64,000 nucleotides of DNA from Torpedo marmorata (GCA_977017645.1 OZ360220.1:151528001-151592000); one strand, 5' to 3'. Positions 1-12,825 are shown, numbered from the stretch's first letter. Translations and numbers: made by a program. Notes: generated by a model not told the origin, from the letters alone.

Positions 1-119
1 TTTCCCTCTGACCTTAAACATATGCTCTCCAGTTCCAGAGTCCCCTATCCTGGGGACAAAGACTATCAGCATTCATCATATCTATGCTCCTCCTGACTTT
101 ATAAACCTCTCCTCAATCA

Positions 120-415
120 CCAATACCAGAGGGCATCTGTTTAATGTGAGTGGAGGAACATTTAGGGGAGATGTCAGAGATAAGTTTTTTACACAGAGAG
201 TGGTGGGTGCCCAGAATGCATTGCAGGGGGTAGAGGTGGGGGCTGGTACAATAGGGACATTTAAAAGACTCTTGGACAGGCACCTGATTGTAAGAAAAAT
301 AGAGGGTTATAGACTGTGAGGGAGTGAAGGGTTAGATTGATGGTGGAGTAGGTTTATATAGGTCAGCAAAATATTGTTGGCCAAAGGGCCGGTACTATGC
401 TGTACTATGTTCTAT
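120..415 (+). mobile_element. CR1-type LINE 3' fragment
   Basis: 'ttttacacagagagtggtggg...ggccaaagggccggtactatgctgtactatgttctatg' matches the 3' ends of other CR1 copies in the window. Confidence 0.7.
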
Positions 416-1214
416 GGAACATTGCTAAATAAAAAAGGTTGCTTGTTTAAGAGTATTTTTTTCACTCAATTAGTCTTGAGTCTTTGGAAACTCTTCCTCA
501 AAAGAGATGGAAACTGAATCATAAACAGAGACTTGAAAGGTTACTGGAATAGGCAGAAACGCAGAGCTGAGGTTACAATTGGATGACTTTGTTCAGGCTT
601 GCGGGGCTGAGTGGCCTGAACTTGCTAATTTGTGCATTCAGAGTGCGAACTCTTGTACGTTAATATGCAGCGCATCACAGCCCCAAATCCTCCTGTCAGC
701 CTGCAAGCAAATGTGTGCCAGGAGAGTGAACAAGTGGCATGTCAACTCAGTGGGCAGAGAAGCTGTGAACGTGTGCATTAACATCGACACATGGCTATCA
801 AAAAGATCAGCCCCACAGCAGGCATATTATAGATAAATCTAGAATTAAGATAAGAGAGTAATTGTTAAAACAGATCTTTGCCGAGTTGATTGATCTCATC
901 GTTTGAGCAGATAATTAGATTTACAATATTCACTGGATGGGTTGAGAAGTGTGTGACTGCCTCTAAGCTGCCTAACCCTTTATAAAGAGCCCAGGTGCAC
1001 AACTCCAGAGCCAGTAGCTCTTACAGAGGCATTTTTACCTGTAGTCATATTTCCTTGTTCCACTCCTTTTGTTTTTGCCCAGCTGTCGAAGATAAATCAG
1101 GCTTCAATCCCATCCTGACACCTCACAAACAATATCAGTGCAATATTCATGCGTTTTTCAAAGAAGGTTTAATTTGTGCTGCTTTAGGGATCACCCTTTG
1201 GAAACATCATCTGT

Positions 1215-4200
1215 ACACAGTGTAAACTTTCTGTTTATTGTACAACATTTCCATAGTTCAGACACTGTGATGACGAAACTAATTTTTAATTGTTTTATAA
1301 ATACATTTCAATCTCTTGAGTTTCATTGCGGGTATTTTCAAATGAGGGGCATCTATAAAATTACCAGTAAGTGACATATACAGATAGACAAACTACTCAA
1401 GAATGCAGTGTAACAAAGCGCAAAACAATGTGAGGTGGTTATTGTGAAACAAAAGGTCATACCAAACAACTCCTCTGCAATTTTTAAACAATGCCACAAA
1501 AAAATGAACTCGAGAAACACTAATAAATAATTTTTTAAAAAACAAGTAATTTAAATAATAAAATATGTTCTGCACACAATGGAAGGTCTCATGCCTGAAA
1601 GGTTGGGGAGGGGGTCAGTAAACCAGAAATGTGGCTAAATAATGTCACCAGAAAAAAAGTCATAAAGGCTACACATTATAGCACAGGTTTGTTTACAAGT
1701 TGGTGACCAATATAACAGACACAACTATAAAATTTCTACACTCGTTCTAACATAAATACAGAATATATAAATTTACAATACATACAGCCATACCAAAATC
1801 ATAAACATGACCTTTCATAAAGGAGAGGAAGGTTTGCTCATCTTTTGTTCTAAGCTACTGGCACACCAAACTGTAAGAAAATTCACTGTAATAATTTTAT
1901 ACAGAAATTATTTTGAACCCATTTTCATGAACTTATAAAATGGAAACATAAGCAGACAAATGTCATTCTGGGAAATGGTTTCCCTTCAAAGTTGAACCAT
2001 TGGAATGCCCACAAAAGTTTTTGTGTCAATCTACCCAGTTCTTTACACCAATTTATGAAGAGTGATGAAAAGATTCTTTAATAAACCAAGAGTGATCATT
2101 TCTTTTTAGGCTTGACTTGAAATGAGTTCCTCAAGTAACTCTATTGGCTTTATTTTTTGACTAATACAGTATTTTTCAGGTTTGTAACCTCCAACACGTA
2201 TGTGACTATTAAGGAATAATTAAGGACTATTAAGGACTCTAGTGAATAGGGTTGACAGGGAAAACATCTGACAATTTTGCATATTGGCAAATGAGCTCTT
2301 CCTGACAACTAGTGTGAAAGAAAATCTGTTTACTAAACAGTTCTGGGTTAAGGGATATCGTTGGAAGTAGAAGAGTGAGCAGCATGTTCTTGAGCCACAC
2401 CAGTTTAAAATATAGAATGGGACTGGAAAAATAGCCCTCAAATGATTAATATTGAAATTTGTATGTGCCCAGGCATCCCTTGAGCAATACAAAGACCTTC
2501 AACCTAGGTTTCACAATAAATCATCATTCTGCAAACTGGTTCTTCCATTTTCCTCAGTAGAATGACAATGGAAACTGTATAATTTGGTGCATATATACAG
2601 TAATGTGGCCAGTTTTCCTCCCAGACACCTGGCAAAGCAATCATTATGAAGAAGATTAATAAACTGCAGTTGCCTTGACCCACTCACTTCTATGTCCCAA
2701 ATGTCTAATCAAAGGCATGCTGCCTGAGTGAATGCATCAAATGCTTAGAGAGCCTGACAGGACTTTGTCAATTCACCTTTCCCTTTTAAGTATTGCTTCA
2801 GTGAAGCACATTATCCTCAGTTGAGCAATCATACTGTTCCATGGCAGTGCCAAAATGAGGCAAACGTTATCAGGGAGGTCAAAGGCTACTTTCAGGCTTA
2901 ATCTTTCACTGGAACTCAGGTGAAAGCACAGGGATTATCATTGGACAGGGTGAGTCGTCATACAAATGGCAACAGTGCTGTTCCTCCTATTTTGTTACCT
3001 TTTCAAGCTGGACATTCTTTTCTCCTTTCAGAACTCATACTAATACTGTAATTAACCATTCGATGACACGTGACATGCAGCCAAACTGCAGGGCAAGTAA
3101 AGATGAGGTGACCTTTTGTTCTGTATCCCTCCGTACTTATTCCAGAGCTGTTGTGGACAGAACAATATGAAGCAACACCAAGTGAATGTTAATTCATGGG
3201 CCCAATATCCCTGTTATGGGATTAATTATGATGGAAATGTGGGAGACTGTTTTGTGATTTGCACACAATTTACTCTTCTAAATACTACAATGCATCTCCC
3301 GTTTTATCGATCTACATCCTTGCTGAGTGCTGAACAACACTTTTTTGATGGAAAGTGATCAGCAAGTACAATTTGCAGAAGTATTCTTTCATGCGTAGTA
3401 CATTTTCTGAGGTGGAACTTTGGTTTATTTGGGAGGGGATGGGGGTTAAAGGGACAGTTCGCTCCGGGCACTGAGCAACATGACTTTGGTATTTCATTTT
3501 CCACCAAGAAGACTGCGACGACGCCAAATCACTACACAACACGCAGTGGATTCGATCTAAAGCCAGAAGCTGGGGCAGAAAGCAAACACGCTCATTGCGT
3601 GTATTACCCTCTTAACCTCTCGAGCTCCTTCTGGAAGCAACAAGCTGGAACTTGGTTCCTGGATTTCAATTTGATAAATTGCAGGCAGCCATCTTTGCAG
3701 AGCATCATTCCCGTGTGCTCTACTAGCAGACGACAGGATGGGTCACACGCCATTCTGGGTTGGCCACTGTGCTTGAGCGGGGGAGCCACGTGACAGGTGC
3801 GAGCAGGACAAAAGAAAGAGCTGCAATTGTGAGAGAGCAAGTGTCGCCTTTTTGGAGCTTAATAATAGTGGTTGGCCATTAAAGAGAGAGAGATGAGACA
3901 TGCACATTGCAAGGTACCACAGCCTGTATCAGTCTCCTCATTATTATATGCATTATATCTGGCTGAATAAAACAAAGCTAGCATACAAGGATTTCTAACC
4001 TCTATTATATTGACTGTTTGGAGATTTGCTGCATGAAATGATATTTGATCTTGGAGATCCAGTTACCATCAAAAGTATTAAAATGGAAAATAGCAGAAGG
4101 GGAGGGAGGAGATACCCTAATTTATGTAAATAATTAAAGACAATAAGTCCTGGAATATTTGTATAAAACACTGAAACAATGAAATGCAGCTGCAGTTTCT

Positions 4201-4441
4201 GTGACCCATGCTCCCATTGCTGTGCTGATTTGAATTCTATTGAATTTGTCTTTTTGTATGTCACTTTCATTACCTTTTTGCTGTCACTTTCTCTGCCGCA
4301 TGGGAAATAGTGGATGAGAAGAGAAAAAGGTAATATATGGCTGTACAGTTCCCACCCCCCACCCCCCCACTCCACCACCCCTTCCATTTAAAGTCGACAT
4401 AATCTGTCAGGTGGGATTTCCTCTCGAAGTCCTGATGGCTT
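1215..4441 (-). other. lmx1b: Probable lmx1b 3' UTR (up to about 3.2 kb)
   Basis: Follows the stop codon and contains no recognisable TE. Minus-strand AATAAA at 3424-3429, 2149-2154 and 1234-1239, and an ARE nonamer TTATTTATT at 1522-1530. The 3' end is inferred. Confidence 0.55.
1234..1239 (-). terminator. Candidate distal polyadenylation signal
   Basis: TTTATT on + (AATAAA on -) at the end of the AU-rich TE-free block. Confidence 0.45.
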
Positions 4442-4599
4442 TCATGAGGCAAAGTATGAGTTCTGCATAGAGTAAAGCCTGTCGATGGGGTTGCCCACTC
4501 GAGCTTGCATGGGGTTAACTTCTGACGAAGCCAAAAAGCAGTCACTCAGGCTGGTGAGGGAGGTGTCGCTGTCGATGTCATGAAAGAGGGAGTCATTTC
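4442..4599 (-). CDS. lmx1b: LMX1B terminal coding exon 8
   Basis: ttccag|GA AAT GAC. Translates (G)[51 protein letters not shown] followed by TGA (4442-4444). This is the characteristic LMX1 C-terminus. Confidence 0.97.
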
Positions 4600-5424
4600 C
4601 TGGAATCACAAAATGAACAGAGTTAATTGATGGCATTAAATCAGTTTAAAGGACATGAGGAAGCATTTTTATTTTTAATGAACCTTGGTGCTTCAGTCGG
4701 TCATAAAATGCTGAAATTCGAAGAACAGCTGATAAATAATGAAAATTGTATGAAAATGGGAGCAACTGGTAAAAAAAGCGAGGTGGATGTTTTAGTGGCA
4801 TGATGGATGGCGGGAAGAGCATGAAATGATAAACCAGGAGACGCTCTCTTTGGGGCCTGGACTGTAATGTTATTCAGCTGGTGTTTCCATGGAGAATCAT
4901 TGGGTCAGCTGCAGTGATCAGATTGACAGGTTCCTCCGTTCTGCACCTGCGCATTGGAACATGTAAATCGGAAACGATCTGGACACCGACACAAACATCC
5001 AGAGTTATCTGCACTATCGTAACATCGCGTTTTTTTTTTACTAGTTGTGAATATTTACCTGACCTCTTAGATTTATTCTTTTTTTTCTCTTGTGTTAGTT
5101 TAATTTATACTTATTGTTTATTAGTGTATATGCAGCTGCACCAAGCAAGAAGAATGTCAGTACATTGTACTTATGTGTATGACAATAAATTCCCTTCATC
5201 AGTTGCTAAGGAGCTGACCTTTCACTGCACACCAGCAGTCTCTGACCATGGCATGTGATACAGCCAACGCCACATGAATGGAATGGCTGACAATGATTGC
5301 CAAGGTAGCATGCAAAAGGTTCACTTCTTTTTTTATTCTACTTGATCTCAATGTTTTCAATTATTTTCCAGCACTTCATTGTGAAAATTATTACCTTTTT
5401 GGTCATTTTTAAAAAATAATGTAG

Positions 5425-5680
5425 TTGGCGGTACGGTTAGCGTAGCGGTTAGCACAACGCTCTTACAGTGCGAGTGACCCAGGATCGAATCCGGTGCAAT
5501 CTGTAAGGAGTTTGTCCGTTCGCCCCATATCTGCGTGGGTTTCCTCCGGGAGCTCCGGTTTCTTCCCATGTTCCAAAAACATATGGAGTCAGTAAGTTAA
5601 TTGGTCACGTGGGTGTATTTGGGCGGCGTGGGCTCGTGGGCCAAAAGGGTGTTACAGTGGTGTATCTCTAAATTTAAATT
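5425..5680 (+). mobile_element. tRNA-derived SINE (V-SINE/HE1-like)
   Basis: A-box-like TAGCGTAGCGG, B-box GGATCGAATCC, central 'tgcgtgggtttcctccggg..ctccggtttcttccca' domain, AT tail. Confidence 0.8.
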
Positions 5681-6144
5681 CTATGTCAATATTACCTACC
5701 GGAGATATTTTTCAAAGGCCATTGGGAATGTCAAGCTGTCAAAAGGCCGTCACATCATCCCAGAGGTGGGGCCTTGAGACTCTTAGATTTATTCTTTTTT
5801 TCTCTTGTGTTAATTTAATTTATACTTATTGTTTATTAGTGTATTTTATGCAGCTGCAGCAAGCAAGAAGAATGTCAGTACATTGTACTTATGAGTATGA
5901 CAATAAATTCCCTTCATCAGTAGCTAAGGAGCTGACCTTTCGCTGTTGTCTAAAGTCTTTTGTCCAAAGTCTGATGGCCACTCGGAATCTGCTGTATCTC
6001 ATGAGATGGAGACTTGGAATCTCAAAATCTTTTGGAACCATAAAGCAACAATGGATAACTATGGATGCCAACAAACCTGGGATGGTGGTGGAGGGATTGG
6101 CAAATTGGGTGATCTATCCTAGTATTTAAATACTCCTTCTTAAA

Positions 6145-6305
6145 TACTGGATAGATACATGGATGGGAGAGGTCTGGAGGGTTATGGAATGAGAATTCCA
6201 TAATGGGTGCAGGTCAGTGGGACTAGCGGAATGATGTTTCGGCATAGACTAGAAGGGCCGAATGGCCTGCTTTCTGTGCTGTAGTGTTCTATGGTTCTAT
6301 GGTTC
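6145..6305 (+). mobile_element. CR1 3' end fragment
   Basis: 'gggccgaatggcctgctttctgtgctgtag' followed by a (GTTCTATG)n tail. Confidence 0.7.
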
Positions 6306-6532
6306 CCGAAATCAGTAGAGTTATACCTGTATTGACATTATGTTTCTCACTTTTATTGTGCAGGGATAGGATACTTGTATAATTGCGAGCTGTATGCAAA
6401 ATTACAAAGTCAGTGTACTACTTTAAACACCACAGAATGAAACTGCCAGAACGTATAAGAACCAGAAGATATCAAACTCTGCAACTCCTGGTGCAGCTAT
6501 CTACTCAATCTCCTAAATGCAAAATTATTGTT

Positions 6533-6890
6533 CCAAACACAAACTGCTGGAGCAGCTCAGCAGGTCAGGCAACATCTGTGGAGGGAAAGACATAGTTGAG
6601 GTTTTGGGTGGAGTCCCTGCATCAGGACCCTTTCCCTCCACCGATGCTGCCTTACCCACCGTTCCTCCAGCAGTCTGTTATGTGCTCCAGATTCCAGAAT
6701 CTGCCGCCTCTCGTGTGTCTCCTTAAAAATTATGGTTGCTCTCCTTCATCTAAATCAGCCAAGAATCTCTGGAGACACACGAGAGACTGCAGGCGTTGGA
6801 ATCTGGAGCAAAGAACAAACCGCTGGAGGAACTCAGTGGATCGAGCAGCATCAAAGAATGGCTAACACTTTGGGTCAATACCTTTCATCT
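6533..6890. mobile_element. Degenerate Penelope-type terminal-repeat fragments in inverted arrangement
   Basis: 'ctgctggagcagctcagcaggtcaggcaacatctgtggaggga' and a later reverse-complement-like segment. Same motif family as 22760-23040, 35840-36080 and 46103-46290. Confidence 0.5.
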
Positions 6891-7599
6891 CTCTGGAATT
6901 CTCTACCCTGAAGGGTTATGGAGGCTACAGCACTGGGGGTATTTAAAGAGGAAGTAGATACATTTTTGGAAGATCATGGAAACGAGGGCTGTGGGGAACT
7001 GGCAAGGAACAGGAGACCATGCTTGGGGCAAATAAGGCAGATTTTCTCATGCAGGTTTAAGGGAACAAGTGCCTTACTCATGCTCTTATTTATGTCCTCA
7101 AGTTCCATATGAAAGAGAACGATTGATCCTGTTCACTGAATTTAAGTTACTTGTCCAAACATGCTCCATGTGTTGGCAAAGGAAAATTTCCCCTGTTTTA
7201 CATGTGGCTGTACTCCACTTTTGGCACAGATCAAAACTTCACAACTTTACAATAATGGGCCAGACCTTGCTGTCAGAGGCTAATCTTTGTGCTGGAAATG
7301 AATATATCTTTTACAGATTCAGCAGAGTCCGCTTGATCTCCTTAGCCAGCCCAATGCTCAGAGGTAATGTCCGCGCTATGGATTGGGGTGTGGGAGCGCC
7401 CTCACACAAAATAGTTGGAGGGAAAAAAATTGCTACAACTCTTGGCTTAACCATCTGTTAACCATCTGTTAACCTGTTTAACTATTCAACACTACCATAT
7501 CGGATCATATGACCTCAGTACCCTATTCCTGCTTTCTCTCCATCCCCCTTGATTCCTTTAGCCATAAGGGCCACATCCAACTCCCTTTTTCAACACGGT

Positions 7600-7860
7600 T
7601 GGCGGCACGGTTGGCGTAGCGGTTAGTGCAATGCCTTTACAGTGCCAGCGATCGGTACCGGACCAGGGTTCAAATCCCGTGCTGTCTGTAAGGAGTTTAT
7701 ATGTTCTCCCTGTGTCTGCGTGGGTTTTCTCCGTGGGCTCCGGTTTTCTCCCACTGTTCAAAAACGTACCAGGGGTGTAGGTTAATGGGGTGTAAATTGG
7801 GCGGCATGAACTCGAGGTTCGAAGTGGTCTGTTACCGTACTGTATGTCTAAATTTAAAAA
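7600..7860 (+). mobile_element. tRNA-derived SINE inserted in an older CR1 3' fragment (about 7450-7915)
   Basis: 'ggcggcacggttggcgtagcggttag...ggttcaaatccc...tctccctgtgtctgcgtgggtttt'. Confidence 0.8.
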
Positions 7861-8023
7861 TAAAAAAAATCTAATGAACTGGCCTCAACAACTTTCTATG
7901 GTAGGGAGTTCCACAAGAACATAAGAACGTAAGAGCATAAGAAATTAGGATCAGGAGTAGGCCAACTGGCCCATCGAGCCTGCTCCGCCATTCAATAAGA
8001 TCATGGCTGATCTGATCAATGAC

Positions 8024-10822
8024 CTAACTCCACCTACCTGCCCTTTCCCCATATCCCCTAATTCCTTTTTTATGTAAAAATCTATCCAACTGAACCTTAA
8101 ATATGTTCAATGAAGCAGCCTCAACCGCTTCCCTGGGTAGAGAATTCCACAAATTCACCACTCTTTGGGAAAAACTGTTTTTCTTCATCTCTGTCCTAAA
8201 TCTACTCCCCAGAATCTTGAGGTAGTGTCCCCTAGTTTTGGTCTCACTTGCCAGTGAAAAAAACCTTCCTACCTCTATCCTATCCATCCCCTTCATAATT
8301 CCATATGTTTCTATAAGATCTCCTCTCATTCTTCTGAACTCGAGCGAGTATAATCCCAGACGATTTAATCTTTCATCATAAGTCAACCCCTTCATCTCAG
8401 GGATCAACCTAGTAAACCTCCTCTGGACTGCCTCCAAGGCCAGTATATCCTTCCTCAAATATGGAGACCAGAACTGCACACAGTACCCCAGGTGCGGTCT
8501 CACCAGTACCTTGTACAGTTGCAACATTACCTCCCTGCTCCTGAATTCAATTCCTCTAGCGATGAAGGCCAACATTCCATTTGCCTTCTTAATAACCTGC
8601 TGCACCTGCAACCCAACTTTTTGCGATTCGTGCACAAGCACTCCCAAGTCCTTCTGCACAACAGCATGCTGCAGTTTTTCACCATTTAAATAATACTCTG
8701 CTCTTTTATTTTTCTTGCCAAAGTGGATAACCTCGCACTTACTAACATTGTACTCCATCTGCCAGACCTTTGCCCACTCACCTAACTTAACTATATCCCC
8801 CTGCAGCCTCTCCACATCCTCAGTACAATTTGCTCTTTCACTCAATTTAGTATCATCTGCAAACTTGGCTACACCACATTTTGTCCCCTCCTCCAAATCA
8901 TCAATGTAAATGATCAACAGTTGTGGGCCCAGCACCGACCCCTGCGGCACCCCACTTACCACTGTCTGCCAATCAGAAAAACACCCATTTATCCTGACTC
9001 TCTGCCTCCTGTCAGACAACCAATCCTCAATCCATGCCAATATACTTCCCTGGACTCCATTCACCTGTAACTTACTGATAAGTCTCTTGTGCGGCACCTT
9101 ATCAAACGCTTTCTGGAAATCCAACCTGTTCCCCTCTATCTACCGCACCCATTACGTCCTCAAAGAACTCTAACAAGTTTGACAAACAAGATCTGCCCTT
9201 CCTAAACCCATACTGCGTCTGCCTGATTGAACCCTTTCGTTCTAAATGTCGCACTATTTCATCCTTAATGACAGCTTCAAGCATTTTCCCAACTATAGAC
9301 GTTAAGCTAATTGGCCGATAGTTCTCAGTCTTCTGCCTACATCCCTTCTTAAAAAGTGGCGTGACATTTGCTGTCTTCCAATCTGCCGGGACCTGCCCAG
9401 AATCCAGAGAATTTTGGTATATGATCACCAATGCATTGACTATAACTTCTGCCATTTCGCTCAGAACCCTGGGATGCATTTCATCAGGACCAGGGGATTT
9501 GTCCGGCTTTAGTCCCATTAGTTTGTTCATCACTATCTCCTTTGTCACAACTATTTTATCAAGGCCTTCACCAACATTCGCATCCCTATTTCCACTCTTT
9601 GGCATGCTGGACGTGTCTTCCACCGTGAAGACTGACACAAAATATTTGTTAAAGGCCTCGGCCATTTCCTCATTATTCAATATCAATTTCCCCTTCTCAT
9701 CTTCCAAGGGTCCTATGTTAACTCCAGCCACCCTCTTCCGTTTTATATATTTATAAAAAATTTTGCTATCTGTTTTTATATTTTGTGCCAATTTACCTTC
9801 ATAATCCTTTCTCCCCTTTCTTATTACCCACTTTGTTGTCCCTTGTTGTCTTTTAAAGTTTTCCCAATCTTCCAGTTTCCCACTACTCTTTGCAACTTTG
9901 TACACCTGAGCTTTTAATTTTATACTCTCCTTTATTTCCTTAGATAACCACGGCTGACTCTTCCCTCTCTTGCTGCCCTTATTCTTAACTGGAATATATT
10001 TTTGTTGAGCATTGTGAAAAATCTCCTTGAAAATCTTCCACTGTTCCTCAACTGTTCTACCAACTAGCCTGTGCTCCCAGTCCACGCTAACCAATTCCTC
10101 ACTCATCCTGTGATAGTCTCCCCTGTTTAAGCATAATACATTAGTTTTAGATCTAACTATTTCCCCTTCCATTTGTATGAGAAATTCAATCATACTATGA
10201 TCGCTATTTCCAAGAGGGTCCCTAACTATTACATCATTTACTCTACCTATCTCATTGCACAATACTAGATCCAAAATAGCATTCACTCTTGTTGGTTCCT
10301 TAACATGCTGCTCAAGAAAGCTATCACGGATGCATTCTATGAAGTCTTCTTCCAGACTCCTGCGACCAACTTGATTTTCCCAATCTACGTGGTAGTTAAA
10401 GTCCCCCACGACAACTGCCGTTCCATTCTTACATGCCTTACTTATCTCTCTGTTTATTGTCTGTGCCACTGTACTATTGTTATTTGGTGGGCGATAGACA
10501 ACACCCACCAGTAATTTTTTTCCTTTTGTTATTCTTAATCTCCACCCAGATGGACTCAACATTATGTTCCTTAGATCTTATATCATCTCTCACTATTGCC
10601 TTGAACTCATCCTTGATTAAGAGCGCCACACCTCCTCCCTTACCATCCTGTCTATCCTTTCGTACTACCTGATACCCTTGAAAGTTTAATTCCCAATCAT
10701 GGTCATCTTGTAGCCATGTTTCTGTGATGGCCACTAAATCATATGCCTGGGTACCGATTTGCACCTCAAGTTCACTAACCTTGTTTCTAATACTGCGGGC
10801 ATTCAGATACAGTGCCCTTATG
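8024..10822 (-). pseudogene. CR1 ORF2p (APE endonuclease and RT) broken by two frameshifts
   Basis: YLNARSIRNK, ITETWL, GGGVALLIK (10480-10980 frame); VVYRPP, GDFN, SDH, KSPGPD, NYRPISLTS, QYGF (9102-10562 frame); DFQKAFDKV, GVPQGSVLGP, FADDTK (8024-9124 frame). Frame changes near 10520 (A-run) and 9122 (small deletion). Confidence 0.92.
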
Positions 10823-10979
10823 CTCATTGACCTTTTAGAATCTAGTGACTTCTGTATCCTTTGCTTTTGATTTTGATTTTTCTGCCCTCTATTTCTCTTT
10901 GTCTTTTTCCTAACACTTTCTTTGGTCTCTGTACCACCTTCCTCATTTTTTCTGTGTAGGTTTCCATTCCCCTGCCCCA

Positions 10980-11660
10980 CTAGTTTAAACCTTCCCCAAC
11001 AGCACTAGCAAAAGAACTCCCAAGTACATTTATCCCGCCCCTGCCCAGATGTAGACCGTCTGGCCTGTATTGGTCCCATCTGCCCCAGAACTGGTTCCAA
11101 TGCTTCAAGAAACTGAAACCTTCCCTCCAGCACCACTGTTCAAGCCACATATTCATTCTGACAATTCTGTTATTTGTATTCTCACTATCTTGTGGTACTG
11201 GTAATAATCCTGAGATTATTACTTTTGAGGTCCTACTCCTTAATCTATTTCCTAGCTCGCTAAATTCAGCTTGTAGGAGCTCATCTCGCATTTTTCCTAT
11301 ATCGTTGGTACCAATATGGACCACGACAGCTGGCTGTTCACCCTCCCCTTCCAAAATGTCCTGTAGCCGCTCCGAGACATCCTTAACCCTTGCACCCGGG
11401 AGGCAGCACACCATCCGGGAGTCCTTTTTGCGGCCGCAGAAGCTCCTGTCTGTTCCTCTCACCATAGAGTCCCCAATAACTATTGCTCTACCTGTCTTTT
11501 TCCTTCCCTCTTTCATAGCTGAGCCACTCACAGAGCCATGATCCTGGCTTCTAATGCCTTCTCCTGGTGGGCCATCTCCCCCAACCATATCTAAAGCGGT
11601 ATATCTGTTACGAAGGGTGATGACCGCAGGAGACTCCCGCACTATCAAAGAGGGAACTAT
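10980..11660 (-). pseudogene. CR1 ORF1p C-terminal part with SGNH/GDSL esterase domain
   Basis: Motifs IVIGDSMVR, CLPGARV, VHIGTNDIG and DGLHL. Confidence 0.85.
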
Positions 11661-12540
11661 AGACTCTTCCACAGATGGGGAAAGAGGTGCCTGATGTGAC
11701 AGATTGGCAGGTTGTTTCTGAGGTGGTCTCTTCCCTTTGCTCCTCATTCTGTGTGCTCCCAATGTGCGGCCTTGAGATTCTCCATGATCCACTTCCACTT
11801 TGCATGATCATGAGCCAGAGATTGTCAGTGGTCAGCGGCATTTCAATACAGGGACTTTGAGGGCATCCTTGAATTTTAATATTTTAGGCCTGGTTAATCT
11901 CTTCCCATGACAGAGCCTAGAGTCTGCTTTGGGAGACTGATGTTGACCATGCAAATAACATGGCCTGCTCAAAGTTGGCCAAATAAATGTATCTAAGGTC
12001 TCAACACTGGAGCTGCTTATGCTTGCAGAAAATTTGGATGATTTTGCAGTGCCAGTACTGATGCATATTTCCAATGCCTTGCAATGCTTATTGCAGGTTG
12101 CCCTGTTTTCAGAAGCACGTAGAAGGGAAGGAATCACTGCTGAGCAGGAGACCTTTTTTTTTGCTGTAAGATCTGACATTGTGATCTTCAAAACCCTTTT
12201 CTTCCATCAACAAAGACTATTGGTGCATTGAGTGTGGTGGTGAAGTCTGTTATTGATGTCTGCTTTCACCAATCCCTGGAGATGTGCAGAGTAGTCCCAG
12301 ACACATCAGGTAATGTTTAACCAACATGCTGCTGTCTATTATTTACAACTTTAAAGAACAATGGACATGGAGCATCAACTTATACCCAATGCCTCTCAAT
12401 GTCCAGGTTGAGAACAGAGTGAGGATCACTCCAGGATGGACTCAAGCTTCTACACAGTACGACAATGATGTGCTTCCAAAAATAATGGATGTGATAATTT
12501 TTTTATTTGCAGATGTCCTTACTTTGTAGTACATTCTGTC
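11661..12540 (-). mobile_element. Degenerate RTE-clade LINE 3' portion
   Basis: Remnant peptides 'LCHGKR...KFKDALK...KC' and 'SGTSFPICGRV' resemble the RTE C-terminus and zinc knuckle. Heavily frameshifted, with approximate boundaries. Confidence 0.5.
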
Positions 12541-12825
12541 TAATTGCTGAGGAAATCTCCATTCTGTTTCAGCATGTATAACACTCCCTGTAAGACTCAT
12601 TTCATCAAAGGCTATCCTTATGTTCCTTGCTCTCTGGTATATTTTTTTCTAGCTTCCTCTAGATCTCACTTCATTAACACTGGGTAAATTGGAGACCCTC
12701 CTACATTTGTAACCTCTGATTTTGCATTCTGTCACTCCCATCCAGTCAAAACCCCTACATAATTTTGAAGCCTACTAATAGGCCTCCCTTGAGAAGAAAG
12801 CCTTCCAGCCTGTTTGGTCCTTTGT

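Larger units (their letters stand above)
7916..11660 (-). mobile_element. Near-full-length CR1 LINE (5'-truncated within ORF1)
   Basis: ORF1 SGNH esterase, ORF2 APE endonuclease plus RT, 3' UTR ending in a (TTCTTATG)n tail at 7916-7943. Confidence 0.93.

Noticed and set aside
5425-5500. tRNA genes at A/B-box motifs (also 7600, 29355, 46020)
   Set aside because: Each continues into a SINE body and tail, with no complete cloverleaf.
11661-11798. N-terminal extension of CR1 ORF1
   Set aside because: Appears to be read-through into an adjacent RTE remnant (FPICGRV motif in another frame).
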